NCBI RefSeq assembly: GCF_018977255.1
Contig: NW_024704743.1
Location: 39,310,001 to 39,374,000, forward strand
Reading direction: 5' to 3'
DNA from: Callorhinchus milii
Taxonomy: Eukaryota
DNA length: 64,000 bases
Of the stretch, positions 50,481-64,000 are shown piece after piece. Within the stretch, counting starts at the first letter, position 1. The number at the start of each line of letters is the position of its first letter. A program made the translations under genes and the position numbers. The notes under the pieces were generated by a model, which was given only the letters and a program-made list of their open reading frames with translations, searched no databases and was not told where the DNA came from.

Positions 50481-53400
50481 TGCTCATCCCCTTATGCAAT
50501 TCCAGCAAGGGTCAGTGGACAGTGATGAGGAAAGTCTTATTTTTTCCTCCCTTATCTGAGTTCAAGCACAATGATCTGCAAACCAATGGGTGATTTCTGT
50601 TATTGGTTAGCCACATTGACTACATTTATTAATGATGTTGAGGTGCATAACATCCGAACCAGCCTTATAACGGGGCATGATGGTCGGTGAGTGTTTCTAC
50701 GACTCTAGATGAATCCGCCTGGCTTTCCGAATCCTAAAAAATGGTGAACTTCAATGCGATCACGTCCCTGCCAATGTCACATTTTACATGCATGGAGGAA
50801 GTGATGTCAGTGGTGAGCTAATGACCTGGAATTCAGGCAATTTTAAGCTTGTGGAAAGTGGTCAGAATTGCAGAAAGTCGCTTAAGCAGATGTACAGGGC
50901 ACCTACCTTATTAAGTGAACCAGTATTCTAATGGATCATAATTATTAAATCATATGCCACATTTGTCTCCCCAATAACTGAACTCTACTTCTCTTGTATT
51001 ATTATTATTAAGGGATTATTCCAGAGTGTCAGAGTACAGTCTATAAATGAATGCGAAGAAAAGGAAACCCACATCTAAAAAAGGACAACATTTGACAAGT
51101 GCACACCATTTGACAGAAATCATTTTTTTAAAAAAAAAGTGCATTTATTAATCTGAATAACAACAACTTGCATTCGTATAGTGTCCTTCATGAACTTCTT
51201 GTGTCTCGGAGCACTTGAATTATTAATCTGTGCTAAGTCTTAGCAGCTATGTTATTTTTTACAGATTGGCAGTTCATTTTCAAGCAATATTGAAAGATAA
51301 TAATCTCCCTAACAGTTTTCTGTTCTGAATTGTCTGATAGTACTTGATTTATGGTAACGGTACTTGCTGGCAAAGCTTCAGGAGCAGACTTTCCTGCTAC
51401 CACCCATGCTGAGTGACATGTGTGTCATATATTAGGCTACGATTACAGTGAGGCTTAATAATGTGTTCAAAGTTACTGGCTGTCTTTTTAAAAAATAATA
51501 ATTGCATTTAATATGGCACCTTGCACATCGGGAGGATGTTTCAAAGGATTTACTTTAAAGTGTAGTGACTTCCATTTTGTAGCTGAATATTTTTAACATG
51601 AGAAGTGAAAATTCTAACATTATTTCAGAAAAATCTCAACTTAATCAAAAAGTATAGGAGATGGAAAAAGATTGACATTGAGGATAAACGAACAGAATTA
51701 TTATCTGTTTTTAAACACAATTATTGATCTTAAATCCATGGATATTAAAAAGATAAACAGAGTAGATTGAGTGATGCATTTGATAATAGTAATACTTACA
51801 TTACTTTCACATTGGGAGGATGTCTCAAAACACTTCACAGGATTTATTGTGAATGAAGTGACTGTATGTTTGTAGGTGAGTGTAGCAGCCCATTTGTGCC
51901 CCCAATGTCCCACAGACAGCCATGAAACGAATGACCAATTTCATTTCTGACAAAATAACTATAAAAACTACATATCATAAGGTTCTATGTGTTTAGTAAG
52001 TTGGGCCGTGAGTGCTAGGTGCTTGAATGTCTTTTCTCTCCTGAAAGCAAGCACTCAAGCTAGGATACAGTCACATGGACTCCATCTGGTAGCTTGCCTG
52101 AGTGATCATTCATCATGGGTGATACTGGAAAAGGGTTCTCTGCACACCATTAGACTATGGGGTGGATATATCGCATCCAAGGCTGAAGGCTGACACATTT
52201 CTATTTTAACATCTGCAGACATGTTCTTCCCAGTCGGGCGGGGCGGGGGTGAGGGAGGGGAGGATCCACTGGATAATGATCAAGAACATATAGAAAAAAC
52301 GGTTCTAGTGTTCCAACCTCAACCCTGAGATCATATGTTCCAACCAAACTGGAGACCTTTCTTGTCTGTGTGGCCGAGCGCTGTACCATGCAGTACATTC
52401 ACCCCATGAAACATCCACAAATAATAATTTAAATAAGAAAGAGGATTACTTTACATTTCTTGTCACAATTTTGACACATTATGGAAGGAGCACTCTAGGA
52501 ACTGAGTACAAAAACAAATTAATCTGTTTAGGTTTTGGGTAAATAAATTACAGAGTATATTTATTAATCTCTTTGTTGAAACCAAACATTTGATAAAGCC
52601 TGAGTTTCCATAGTAAGGGGGAGGGGAGAAAATTTTCAGTTTCTATTTACTTATTCCTTTGTTCTAAAACACTATACATCGAAACAGTACTGCAGTATAA
52701 GATCTCTCGCCGTATCCTTGATTTTTTTACTGTAAAATACAGCCCTGTATCCAACTAGAAAAAAATAAATAAAGAAGCCAATTAAAAAAAAGACTTACTG
52801 CTAATGGTTGACGTGCTCTGACTGGTTTGTCATTTTTTTCCAAGGCTGCACACCGAATCATGAAGCTTTTTGTCAATTACCCTCTGCTCTTCCACCCCCT
52901 GCTGCTCATCCCTGTCCTATTCTGAAGCCTTCCTTCAGTAATTGCTTCAGAGCTCTGCACAATTCTCCAATGTTGTGCTAGAGGACTTAGTCTTAGGCAA
53001 TTTACGGAAACACACTTTATGAAAGAAAATTGGTGCATGCTTCAAAAACTATATGTGCCAGTGCTTGTCAGTTCATTGGTGACTGAAACTTCAGTGACAA
53101 AGATTAAATTAAGTTCAATGTGCCCAACAAATCTGAGGCCTGAACTATCAGCTAATCTTAGTTTTAAATCTATTTTGTATTAAAATGTAAAGATCATGTA
53201 GAATTATGACATCCGACAACCGTGGGTTTGAGCCCTCACTTGTGATGGTAGGTACCAGGAACTCCCTGTGAGCTTCCTGGTGGGCAACACAGCTCAGCAT
53301 GAAATGTGTGAGAGCATTGCCGCCATCTTCCTGTTACAGTATATATCAGCAGAAGAAAAGAGAAGACAGTTTTTCCCAGTGTTCTGACCGACAACCCTCC

Positions 53401-53669
53401 AGATTAAATTTGACATTTACTTTTGTCTGTTTTTGGAACATTGCCACATGCAAATTCGCAGCTGTGTTTACTTATAAATACAGTGAGTACACTTTCCAAA
53501 AAGGCTGTGAAGCCCTTCAAGATACTATAGGGCTAAATCAAGTGCAAGGATTATTATTGTCTTAAGAAGGACAAGGAACATTTCAGAAATTGATTTTGCC
53601 CTATTGATTTGATGAGTGACTAACTCTAGGCCTGGAACTGCTACAATGATATTGTGCAAGGCAGACAAG

Positions 53670-54745
53670 AACAGCAACAACTTGGACTTACATAGCACCC
53701 TGCATGCAGGATAGTGTCTCAGAGCGCTTAAGAGTGGCTGAGCCTGGGGCAGGGTGGGGGGGTGGGAGAGGGCAGGGGGGGAGTGGGGAGGTGACCATAA
53801 GCAAAATCGAAAAGGGAGGTTTTCAGGTGGGACTTGAAAAAGGGGGACAAGGCGGAGGGATTGAGGGAGAGTGTTCCAGAGTTTTGGTGCATAATGGCTG
53901 AATGCGCGACCTCTAATGGTGGGGCGGAGGGTGCAAGGGACAAGCAGGAGGCTGGTGCCAGTCGAGCGGATTCGCCGGGTGGATGATTGGGGAGTGAGGA
54001 AGTCGGAGAGGGAAGGAGGAGCCAATGAGTGAAGGGATTTGAACACGAGTGTGAGGATCTTGAAGTCGATCGATCAGTGATGGAGAGCCCATTGGAGCCT
54101 GGCCCGAACAGGTGAGATGTGGGTATGGAGTTTGGTTTGGGTCAGTATGCGGGCAGTAGAGTTCTGAATGAGCTGGATCTTTTGAATAGTGGAGCTGGGG
54201 ACACTGACGAGGAGTGCGTTTGAGTAATCCAGGCAGGAGGTGACAAACACATGCACAAGGGTTTCAGTTGCATTTGGGATAAGGTACGGTCAGAGGCGGG
54301 CACTGTGGCAGAAGTGGAAGAAGGTGGTCTTGGTCAGGGACCGAAGATAGGGAAGGAAGAACAGCTGGGGGTCGAACTGGATGCCTTGATTGCACACTGC
54401 TTTGGTGAGTCTGAGGAAGAACCCGGGGTGATTGATGAATTCAGATCTGCAGGAGTGAAGACATTGATGGGATCCAAGGAGTATGGTATCCATTTTGTCC
54501 ATATTCAGCTGCAGGAAGTTTGCCAGACAAGTCGATAGAATATCGGCGGACCTGGATTTGGTACTGGAGGAGAAAAAGTAGATTTGTGTGTCATCCTCAT
54601 ACATGTAAAGTTTATCCCGTGTCTGCAGATGACATCGCCAAAAGGAAGCATAAAGATGAGCAAAAGAAGGGGGCCAAGGATGGAGCCCTGGGGTACCCCG
54701 CGGGTGACCGGATGGGGTCAGGAGGAGAATCCATTTGTGGAGCAG
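53670..54745 (-). mobile_element. L2 LINE, 5'-truncated (subfamily of 39936-40750)
   Basis: YEDDTQIY, LDYSNALL, IQLIQNSTAR and RAFSHYAPKLWN on the minus strand; gggccaaggatggagccctggggtaccccg corresponds to GVPQGSILGP. Confidence 0.96.
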
Positions 54746-55634
54746 GGCTTTTACTCAGAAGACTTTACTCCCAGCTATAAGACCAACACATACTAATTAT
54801 GGTTTCACTTGGCCTTTGATAAGCTTGCAGTTTAAAATTTCATTTCCAACAATACTCTGCTTTCCTTTGAAACTTTATTGCTTGATGCAGAATATACTTC
54901 CTGCAGTAAGTGATAACGATTATTTGTATTACGGCAATATTACTACAGTTATGTAAAATTGTATGCTGTGTAAATGCAAATCAGAAATGCATGTTCCTCG
55001 GTAGGTGGTAGATTACAATTTATCATTACAAAGACAGATTCTGCTCTTTTCAACAGTTTCATACCAAATTTCAGCTTCTTTTCAAAGATTTGTTTGGAAG
55101 AGACACATTGGGATTAAAATTTTCACTAATGCAGAATCCATAATTATTCCAATACAATTTACAATGAAATTTATGTTTATATATCACCTTTCATCTCGGG
55201 AGGATGTCTCATAGTGTTTGACAATGTCACTGGGCACCTAAGCTGGCGGTGGGAGCTGAGGGAATGGTGAGGGGAAAGATGGCCCAAAGCACGATCTTGA
55301 GCAGGGCCTCTTGCACTACCATACAGTATCAGCCCAGACCAGTGGTGGCTAATCATTTTGGTCGGCCAACAAAATACATTTTCTTGATTGAATATTCATT
55401 GATTAGTTTATGCCATAAATCAAGAATTATTCAATCAAAAAGAGCCTGGAAACACACTACTAAACACAGACTCACCTTGACTAGTTTGAATCAAAGGGCC
55501 ACTTCTTGATGGCTCCACTGCCTGGAGTCAGCTTGAAGGCTGTTGTTTAGTCAGGACTGGCCTGGACAGTTCAAAGTCCCGCTGTGGGGCTTGAACCAAG
55601 AAAAACAATAGAAACTGTTCTAGAGCGCAATTTA

Positions 55635-55790
55635 TAATAACATTGAGTTATATGGCACATTACAACATGGAAACAGGCCATTCGGCCTGACTAGTCAATG
55701 CCAGTGTTTATCCTGCACTTGTGTTTCCACTTCTCCTAATTCTCACTTCAATACTTCTCTATTCTTATTCCTTTCTCTTTTATGGATACA
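55635..55790 (-). mobile_element. CR1 3' end
   Basis: acaacatggaaacaggccattcggcc. Confidence 0.7.
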
Positions 55791-56689
55791 TTGCTGTCAC
55801 TTGAAAGTAAACAAAGACCCCAGATCTGAAAGAGCAACAACAAAAAGACTGCATTTGTATAACAGCTTTAATATCAGGTGGACAAACCACTTGCTGTGCT
55901 GTTAGCTTGTAGAGACAACTAACTTTGGTGACAGATAAGCAATGCCCCAATATTACCCTTCTAACTGTAAACCTGTGCTTTAAATGTGGTCGAGTGGTGA
56001 AATCTCCTCTGATGCACCAGTGAATAAATTATTCAAATGTACCTGTGTTATTTCATTGTAAAACCGTTAAATTTAAAAACAAACACAAACTCCAATTACA
56101 GTTTAAGTAAGTAGTGTATTGATTTTATAACTGCATTTAATGAGGAGCGATGAAGTCAGTCTGTTAAATGTTAACATTGACTCACAAATCATAATTATTT
56201 TGACTATGGCAGTATAATTAAATAGAAGCTTCACTAGAATGATTGTACCCAGTGATTTCAATATTGCTCATTGGCATTTTATAGGTTATAAAGCATATGT
56301 GCTGTAATTGGAATCCTGAAAGTAAGATTCTTTTGAAAATCACTGTAAAATGCAGACAGGATAAACTGCAACTCGGGGCGCTGGTAGGTCTGATGATCAA
56401 ATTGTAACATGAACAACATAATATGAAGCCTGAAATCTTTTTACAATCATTCCTGTCTCTTGGATTGTGTTCCAGTCTCAAAACGCATTCTCAGCCGCTT
56501 GTTATTTTATTTGATAGACACAGAGGGATTTCAAGTAAATTGAAAGTGATTAGTTCAGTCAGCCATTGGGACTGAGAGCTGTGAGTTTTCAAGGATTACA
56601 AATGATGAATATTCTGATCCCTTTGTTTGGGGGAAATAAAAAAAACGTTTGTTCGGGTTCTTTTTCCTGATTTTTTTTCTCCTTATAAA

Positions 56690-57118
56690 TAATAGTCATT
56701 CTCACATTTTATACAGCACCTTTCACATCTGGAAGATATCCCAAAGTGCTTCACAGAATACTGTAGAGTGTCGTGACTGCTTATTTTGTCGGTAAACACG
56801 GCAGGCAATTTGCTCAGAAATGTTCCATAAGCAGTATGAAGTGAATGACCAATTTTATCTGGGGTGTTGTTGACCAGGACACTTGGAGAAATTCCCTTCT
56901 CTTTTTCAGAGTTCCATGGGATCTTTAGCATCCATCTGAACAGGCAGAGACAGGACCTCAGTTTAATGAAGGACAGATCCCTAACAATGTAATGCACCCC
57001 CTGCCCCCCAGCACTACATTAGAGAGTCAGCTTTGACTATGAGTTCAAAAACCCAACATGAGGCTTGAACTGACAACCTTTTAACTCAGAGGCGAGAATT
57101 CTACCATGTGAGCCAGGA
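56690..57118 (-). mobile_element. Deu-domain SINE, full length
   Basis: Same layout as 17910-18337. Confidence 0.9.
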
Positions 57119-58039
57119 TTAAACCGAAACCAGGCTGAAACTAAAATGCCTTTAATTTAAAATTGCCGTAGTAAAATTTTGTTTCAATGTCATTGCCTCT
57201 GGTAACGACCTTTGAAATAACATTTACGATGTGTCTTGTGACGAGAAAGATGGTACACTATCACTTGGGATGAAAGCAAAAAAATAATTACATGGATTGG
57301 GGGGGATTTGTAAATTAGTTTGGGCAGTATCATTGGGGACATTTATATTTTATATTTTTATATTTTATATTTTTTTTCTCCATTTTCTGTTCCATTCCTG
57401 TTCCTCTCACAGAACACCCATCAAATTCACCCATACAGCATTTGGATTTTGTTCTCTATTCATCTGGGCGGAGGTTTGACTCAAAACAGTCCTCAGCATT
57501 TTTCACTTCCTGCCAAAGTGGAACTTTCCACTATTTTGTGACCTGGCTGGCTGAAAAGTGACAAAAATCACCCAACTCAGCTCAACAAGATTGAGTGAAG
57601 AACTGTCCTGGGATATGAATTGGCTTGAACTACTCAGCAAGAACACCGGCTTTCGCATAATCCACTCATGTACAATGGCGTCATATTTCATGTAAAGGAG
57701 TGTGTAGTCTTCATATTTTTCTTCTCGTCAGATGAACACCACATGGAAACAAACTAATGTTATGTGCCTTTTACAAGGTGACCAAAAAGTCGTGAAGCTA
57801 CCCTGTTATCTAAAGGGTATTATCTAAAATATATATCATCATTTCTTTAAGACTTATTAGACATTGTCATGGAATCACAACATTTTGATCACCCTGTACA
57901 TGTCAGCAACTGCACTACCAGAAGCCTTAAGTTATCCACCTACCCCTTCCCTATTGTTGAATTCAGTGGAGGAGAGCAACAAGTTTTGAGGAATAAATTA
58001 TGAGCAATCATTGGACAAGCTAGGGCACTTCAAAATTAA

Positions 58040-58330
58040 GAGAAGATGACTCAAAGGGAAACTTATAGAGGTGTACAAAATTCTAAATGGAATTGAAAAA
58101 GTAAACCCAAATCAATACGTTCAGATGCACCAAGACAGTAGAACATTAAGACGTAGGTTTAGAGTTGCAAAGGGCAATTTCAGAACAGATCCCAGAAAAA
58201 AATTTTTCACCCAGATGGTGGAGTGGATATTTGGAAGGAGGAGATCAAAAGAGCTGAAGGGCCTTCTTCATCTGAACCAATCTTGTGATCACTGGCATGG
58301 ATGACAACTGATTCATTTGCCAATGATTCT
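58040..58330 (+). mobile_element. CR1 3' ORF2 fragment
   Basis: YKILNGIEKV...FRTDPRKKFFTQ in the ORF track, typical of the CR1 C-terminus. Confidence 0.85.
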
Positions 58331-58479
58331 GAGATCTACACCGGATTGTGGGATAGTTTTGCTGCATAATTTTTATTCGTATGTGAGCTTTGTAAATTAT
58401 TTTGATCATTTTGTTTGAGTGCACAGCACAGAGGTTTTTCTGCAGATTTTGCTGCTGGCCAGAGTTCTTTCCTCTACCT

Positions 58480-58606
58480 GTGGAGGCCCCCCACCCCCGC
58501 CCCACCCCCAGCTCAGAGTCAGGCTCTGCCACTGTTACACTCTCTGAGACGCTACCCTGCGTGAAGGGCACTATATAAGTGCATGTTGTTGTTCTTGTTG
58601 TTGTTG
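58480..58606 (+). mobile_element. L2 3' tip
   Basis: cagctcagagtcaggctctgccactgtt...ctatataagtgcatgttgttg. Confidence 0.85.
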
Positions 58607-58726
58607 AGCCTCTCTGTGGTCACAGTAGTAGCAGTCAATGATTCACCAGCTGTAGGCAAGAGACGAGTAAAATGAACTGCTGTATGTCCATCTTCTTCCT
58701 CAGCCCTCAACTGAGTATCTTACCAG

Positions 58727-59455
58727 GTGTGCCATCCTTGTTCAGTGTTAGCATTCTTGCTTCTGAGTCAGGAGGTTGTGGGTTTAAGACCAATGTCAGG
58801 AAATGGAATCGTGGAGTCCTGTAGTTTAGTGGTAGAGCACTCGCTTCGCAAGCGAGAGGACCTGGGTTTGATACCCGGCAGGGCGAAAAGTTGGGCAAGT
58901 TTCCTTGCTCCACACACCTCTGTTTACCTAGCAGTAAGTAGGAAACCTGTTGTTAGTCGATTGTGGATCGCTTTTATGGAGGTAATAATTCTTTCAAAAA
59001 ATCTAATGATACTAATTTGGATTTAATCCAAGACTGTTTGTGGGACACAGTGTATTCTTTGAGACGTCTAGAAGACATGATAAGGTGCTATAGCAAATGC
59101 AAGGATTATTATTATCACGTAATCTAAGATAACAATCCAATGCAGTGCTGGGGTTGTGTTGCGTTGTTGGAGATGCCAACCTTTGGATGAGACATTAAGC
59201 CAAGGTGTATTCAGGTGTACATTAAAGATCCCATTGCTCTGTTCGAAAATAGAAAATAATTCCTTCTGGTATTCTGGCCAACAATCACCCAAATAAAATT
59301 GGTCATTCATTCCATTGATGCTTGTCGAACACTACTGCTGTGTTTCACCTACAAAATACAGAGTCAAACCACTTTGCAGTGTATTCTGTTAGGTGCTTTG
59401 AGACTTCTCAACAACATGATAAGGTGCTATATCAAATTCTAGGAGCATTATTACC
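58727..59455 (+). mobile_element. Deu SINE with a tRNA-Ala SINE (58811 to about 59113) nested after its head
   Basis: Deu head at 58727-58810, second SINE head gtggagtcctgtagtttagtggtagagc, Deu body resumes at about 59114. Confidence 0.88.
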
Positions 59456-59590
59456 TACAGATCAAATCTATCCAAAACATTGCTTTGGATGAAAAAGGCC
59501 CTTTGGGCTATTTCATCTCATTTTTCCAGGATAACCTCCATCACCAAGCTACTAACTTAACTGACAACCAGGCTACCCACAATCACTGGT

Positions 59591-62325
59591 ATAATAATAA
59601 CATTTGAGATAGCATCCTTTACCTTGGGAGGACATCGAAAGCGCTTCACAGGATTTATTACAAAGTGTTGTGTCTGTGTATTTTGTAGGTGAACTCAGCA
59701 GCCAATTTGCTCAGAACAATGTCCCTTAAGCACTCATGAAATAGGACATATAAGAATTAGGAGCAGGAGTAAGCCATTCGACACCTTGAGCCTGCCCTGC
59801 CGTTCAATACGATCATGGCTGATCTTCTAACCTAACTCCATCTGCCTGCCTTATCCCCATATCCCTTAATCCCTCTATCCTTTAGAAATCAATCAATCTC
59901 AGTCTTGAATAAGTTGAAGGACTGAGCATCTTCAGCCTTCGGGGGTAGAGAATTCCATAAATTCACTACCCTCTGAGTGAAGAAGTGTTTCCTCAACTCT
60001 GTTTGAAAGGGCTGACCCTTAATCTTAAGACCGGTGACCCCTGGTTCTAGATTCTCCTACCAGGGGAAACAGTCTCACACTGTCTACTCTGTCAAGCCCA
60101 TAAGAATCTTATATGTTTCTGTACGATCACCCCTAATTCTTCTATATTCTAGAGAATATAGGCCTAGTTTACTCAACCTATCCTCATAGGTCAACCCCCT
60201 CATCCCAGGAACTAACCTAGTGGATCTACGCTGCACCCCCTCTAAGGTGAGTATGTCCTTTCTTAAATAAAGAGACCAAAACTGCACACAGTATTCTAGG
60301 TGCGGTCTCACCAAGGCCCTATACAGTTTGTAGCAAGACACCCCTACTCTTGTATTCTTACCCTTTTTGCAATAAATGCCAACATGCCATTAGCCTTCCT
60401 AGTTGCTTGCTGTACCTGCATTTTAATGTTTTGTGACTGGTGTACAAGGATATCCAAATCCCTCTAAACACTAACACTATCTAGTCTCTCCCCATCGAGA
60501 AAATAATCTGCTTTTCTGTTTTTACTACCTAGGTGAATAACTTCACACTTCCCCACATTATATTCCATCTGCTACCTTCTCGCCCACTCACCCAGCCTAT
60601 CTATATCCCTTTGCAATCTTTTTGTGTCATTCTCAGAACTTACTTTCTCACCTAGTTTAGTGTCATCCGCGAATTTAGATATTTTAAATTCTATGTCCTT
60701 GTCTAGATCATTGATATAGATTGTAAATAATTGAGGCCCAAGCACTGATCCTTGTGGCACTCCACTAGTCACATCTGAGAAGGACCCGTTTATCCCTACT
60801 CTCTGTTTTCTTCCCGTTAGCCATTCTTCGATCCATGCTAATATATTGCCTTTAATTCTATGGGCCCTAATCTTGTGCAGCAGCCTTTTATATGGCACCT
60901 TGTTGAATGCCTTCTGAAAATCTAAGTATACTACATCTACTGGTTCCCCCTATCTAACCTGTTAGTTACATCCTCAAAACCTCTAAAAGATTTGTTTAGC
61001 ATGACTTCCATTTTGTAAAGCCATGTTGACTCTGTCTAATCATGTTATGGTCCTCTAAGTATCCTATACGACGTCCCTAATTAAGGATTCTAGAAATTCC
61101 CCTATCACTGATGTCAGACTAACTGGTCTATAGTTCCCCATCTTTTCTCTCCCACCCTTCTTAAATAGTGGTGTTACGTTTGCAATCTTCCAATCAATGG
61201 AAACTGTTCCAGAATCCAGAGAATTTTTGAAGATCAAAAACAAGGCATCCACTATCTCAGCAGCTGCCTCTTTTAAAACCCTAGGATGCAGGCCATCAGG
61301 TACAGGGGATTTGTCATTTTTCAATCCCAACATTTTCTCTAGTATTAATTCTTTACTGATGTTAATTTCCTTAAGTTGCTCACTAACATTAGCTTCTTGG
61401 TTCCCCTCTATTTTTCATAAGTTTTCAGTGTCTTCTAACGTGAAGACAGAAGCAAAGTATTTGTTTAATGACTCTGCCATATCTTTATCCCCCATTATAA
61501 TTCCTCCTATCTCTGTCTGTAATGGACCCACATTCACTTTTGATAGTCTCTTCCTTTTTATGTATTTGTAAAAACTCTTGCAGTCTGTATTTATGTTTCT
61601 AGCTAGTTTGCCCTCATAATCCATTTTCTCCCTCCTAATCAGTTTCTTAGTTTTTCTTTGTTGATCTCTGAAGCCCTTCCCAATCCTCAGGTTTACTGCT
61701 CTTTTTGGCAGTATTATAGGTCTCTTCTTTTAATTTATACTTTCTCTAACTGCTCGGTTAGCCATGGTTGAACCACTTTTCCCGTGGTATTTTTATTCCT
61801 CAAGGGAATATGTGATCGCTGGGAATCATGTACTATATCTTTAAAGGTTTGCCATTGCTGGTCTACTGTCATATCCTTTAATCTAATCCCCCAGTCTATT
61901 TTAGCTAAATCCTCTCTCATACCTGCAAAGCTGGTTCTATTTAAATTTAAGACCTTTGCTTCGGACTTAACTACATCACTCTCTAATGAATGACCAATTA
62001 TTTTATTTGGGGATTGTTGGCCAAGACACCCAGGAGAAACTCCCTTCACTAATGCCATGGAATCTTTAATGAACAAGCAGACAAGCCCTCGGCTTAATGT
62101 CTCATCTAAAGGATGGCACCTCTGAAAATGCAGCCTAGACTGTATGAATTCCATGCCCTGATGTGAAGCTTGAACCCACGACCTTCTATAATAATAATAA
62201 TCCTTGCATTTGATATAGCACTTTTCACGTCTTCTAGACGTCCCAAAGCGCTTCACGGAATACACTGTAAAGTGAATTGATTGTTTCTCTCACAGATGGT
62301 AGTGCTACCAGCTGAGCCAGGCTGA
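59591..62325 (-). mobile_element. Deu SINE split by a CR1 insertion (pieces 59591-59740 and 61986-62325), plus a nested SINE tail at 62188-62284
   Basis: ...cactcatgaa | atgaatgaccaatt... rejoins to the catgaagtgaatgac sequence seen in intact copies. Confidence 0.85.
59741..61985 (-). mobile_element. CR1 LINE, 5'-truncated, about 2.2 kb, frameshifted ORF2
   Basis: [56 protein letters not shown] and LVRPHLEYCVQFW; 3' end aggagcaggagtaagccattcg at the left. Confidence 0.98.
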
Positions 62326-63839
62326 CTTACAGTTAGCGCTCACATCGATACTCTCATTCTGTGAGTTGCTGTGTGAAATGTTGCAAGCATAATTCTTTAT
62401 GAGATCAAAAAGAGGTTTGGTGAAGACATTCCTTTGGTCCATTTGATCTCCTTCCAAAATATCAACCTGATCTTCTTTGAATTAAAGGATCAGACTGTTT
62501 CTCAAAAGACTCCAACCATTAGCATGAGAAGTACTTTTAATCTAATTTATTCTAAAATATTTTTACCTTTAGGAATACTAGGGTTGAAATCATCACCTTT
62601 GATCTCCAAGAGCATCATACAAGAATGGAAGAAGACATTATGTCCTGCTTGAGTATATGACAAGTGACCGTAGATAAACTCTTTTAAAACTGATATGGGT
62701 CTACAAGGATTGCTTGCAGATAAGCAGAGGATACCTCATCTCAAGGAAAAGGTATTCTCTGTTGCTTTTTACAGTATTACTTTAGACTAAAACTGCTTTT
62801 CCTCCAGTAGCATTCCCTTTTGGGAAATTAATAATAGAAAATCAATACAGATCCTTAATCTCTAACCTACACGTTTGAGATTTATCTTTCTACCTTGAAT
62901 TATGTGGTGCAGTGGAGGCAGTAACCCATTATTACTCCTTAATCGGAATTTCCGCTATAGCTTGAGACATTTACTTTGTGTTTCTGGACCTTCACAACTT
63001 TCCAATTTTGTTGTCTGAGATGTGAAACAGCAGCAAATAATTCTTCATTGCAACTCATATACTGAAAAGCGTGATTGATGAATACCTAGCTACATGATGT
63101 AACATTTTCTAAGACTATCTTTGCTCACAGACGACTATCTTGAAAGAAGTTGAGCTGCACAGAATTTATCTAATCCGTCTAGTCAGAATGTTGGTTCAAA
63201 TTCTTATCATTATAGATGACAATTCTTGGGAACCATTTGGAGCATTTTAATGAGCAATTTTGATGACTGTAGGCATTATTGAAGAGGAAGGTCTTCAGAT
63301 GTGATTTGAAGACCGGGAAGGAGGAAGCAAGGCGGAAGGAATGCAACTATAAATAGATAGGGTTGGAGCAACATTATCATGTGTAAACATACCCCACTAT
63401 CTGTTTCTGGCAGGATTCAACATTTGCAACAGTTCCCGTGCAATTGCTTTTGCTGACATCACATTTTTTACTCAAATAACAAGTTTGATCAAGAACATAT
63501 TCTTTGCCATAGGTTTGCTGGACTTCATTTGTGATACATTCTCTTTATATTGATAATGTTCATGTGTTTGTGGACCAACTGGAGGTAATATTATAGATGA
63601 ATGATTGAAATATCAAAAATGTATTCAAGGATAAAAGGAACATAATTTCAGTTTGATCAGTTGTTGTTTTACCATATAAATTGAATATTAAAAAGGAGTA
63701 TTTTTAATCAATGAATAACAAACTGTTGCTGTACTGTAACATTTGATGCTTTCAGCACTTTTTTAGAAATTTTACTGTGCTCTCTGTACCTTCAATGATT
63801 TTTGCTCAATTTTGCTTATCACTTTGGTCATAATCGTTG

Positions 63840-64000
63840 GCCCAAAGCAGGCCCACAAAGTCCAATGGGCTTTATGCATACAGATTGGGGCATCTGCCAC
63901 TTAATGTATTACTAGCTTAACTCATATGTTTTTGATTGTCTTCAGCTAGTTTCCCACGAACTGAGAGACTTTTGACTCATGCATTCCTCCGGAATTAGGT
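63840..64000 (-). repeat. Probable family X copy 4, running off the window
   Basis: Ends in tccggaattaggt, identical to 12051-12063. Confidence 0.45.

Noticed and set aside
52793..52861. Minus-strand exon candidate (MIRCAALEK...|GTAAGT), and another donor near 55476
   Set aside because: No recognisable protein; such donor hexamers are expected by chance many times in 64 kb.
1..64000. CRISPR arrays, operons or prokaryotic defence systems
   Set aside because: The sequence is vertebrate repeat-rich DNA with no regularly spaced repeat-spacer array and no gene-dense organisation.

Overview
Repeat-rich eukaryotic genomic DNA, intronic or intergenic, from a vertebrate. The repeat complement points to a cartilaginous fish, most likely a chimaera such as the elephant shark; this is inferred from L2 LINEs with (GTT)n tails, Deu-domain tRNA-SINEs, CR1 LINEs and palindromic Penelope-type elements. 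I could not identify any host protein-coding gene. All convincing ORFs are broken ORF2 (reverse-transcriptase region) fragments of L2, CR1 and one L1 relic. Most notable observations: (i) three short Penelope-type elements, two flanked by TSDs, carrying minimal type-I hammerhead-ribozyme-like motifs; (ii) a young 118-bp near-perfect inverted duplication bracketed by a 15-bp direct repeat; (iii) two degenerate long palindromes (MITE/Eulor-like); (iv) two SINE families with different tRNA heads but a shared Deu/L2 3' half, plus several nested insertions; (v) an unclassified old repeat with 4 or more copies; (vi) weak candidates for small exons and enhancers in unique sequence. Boundaries of degenerate repeats were read by eye and are approximate.
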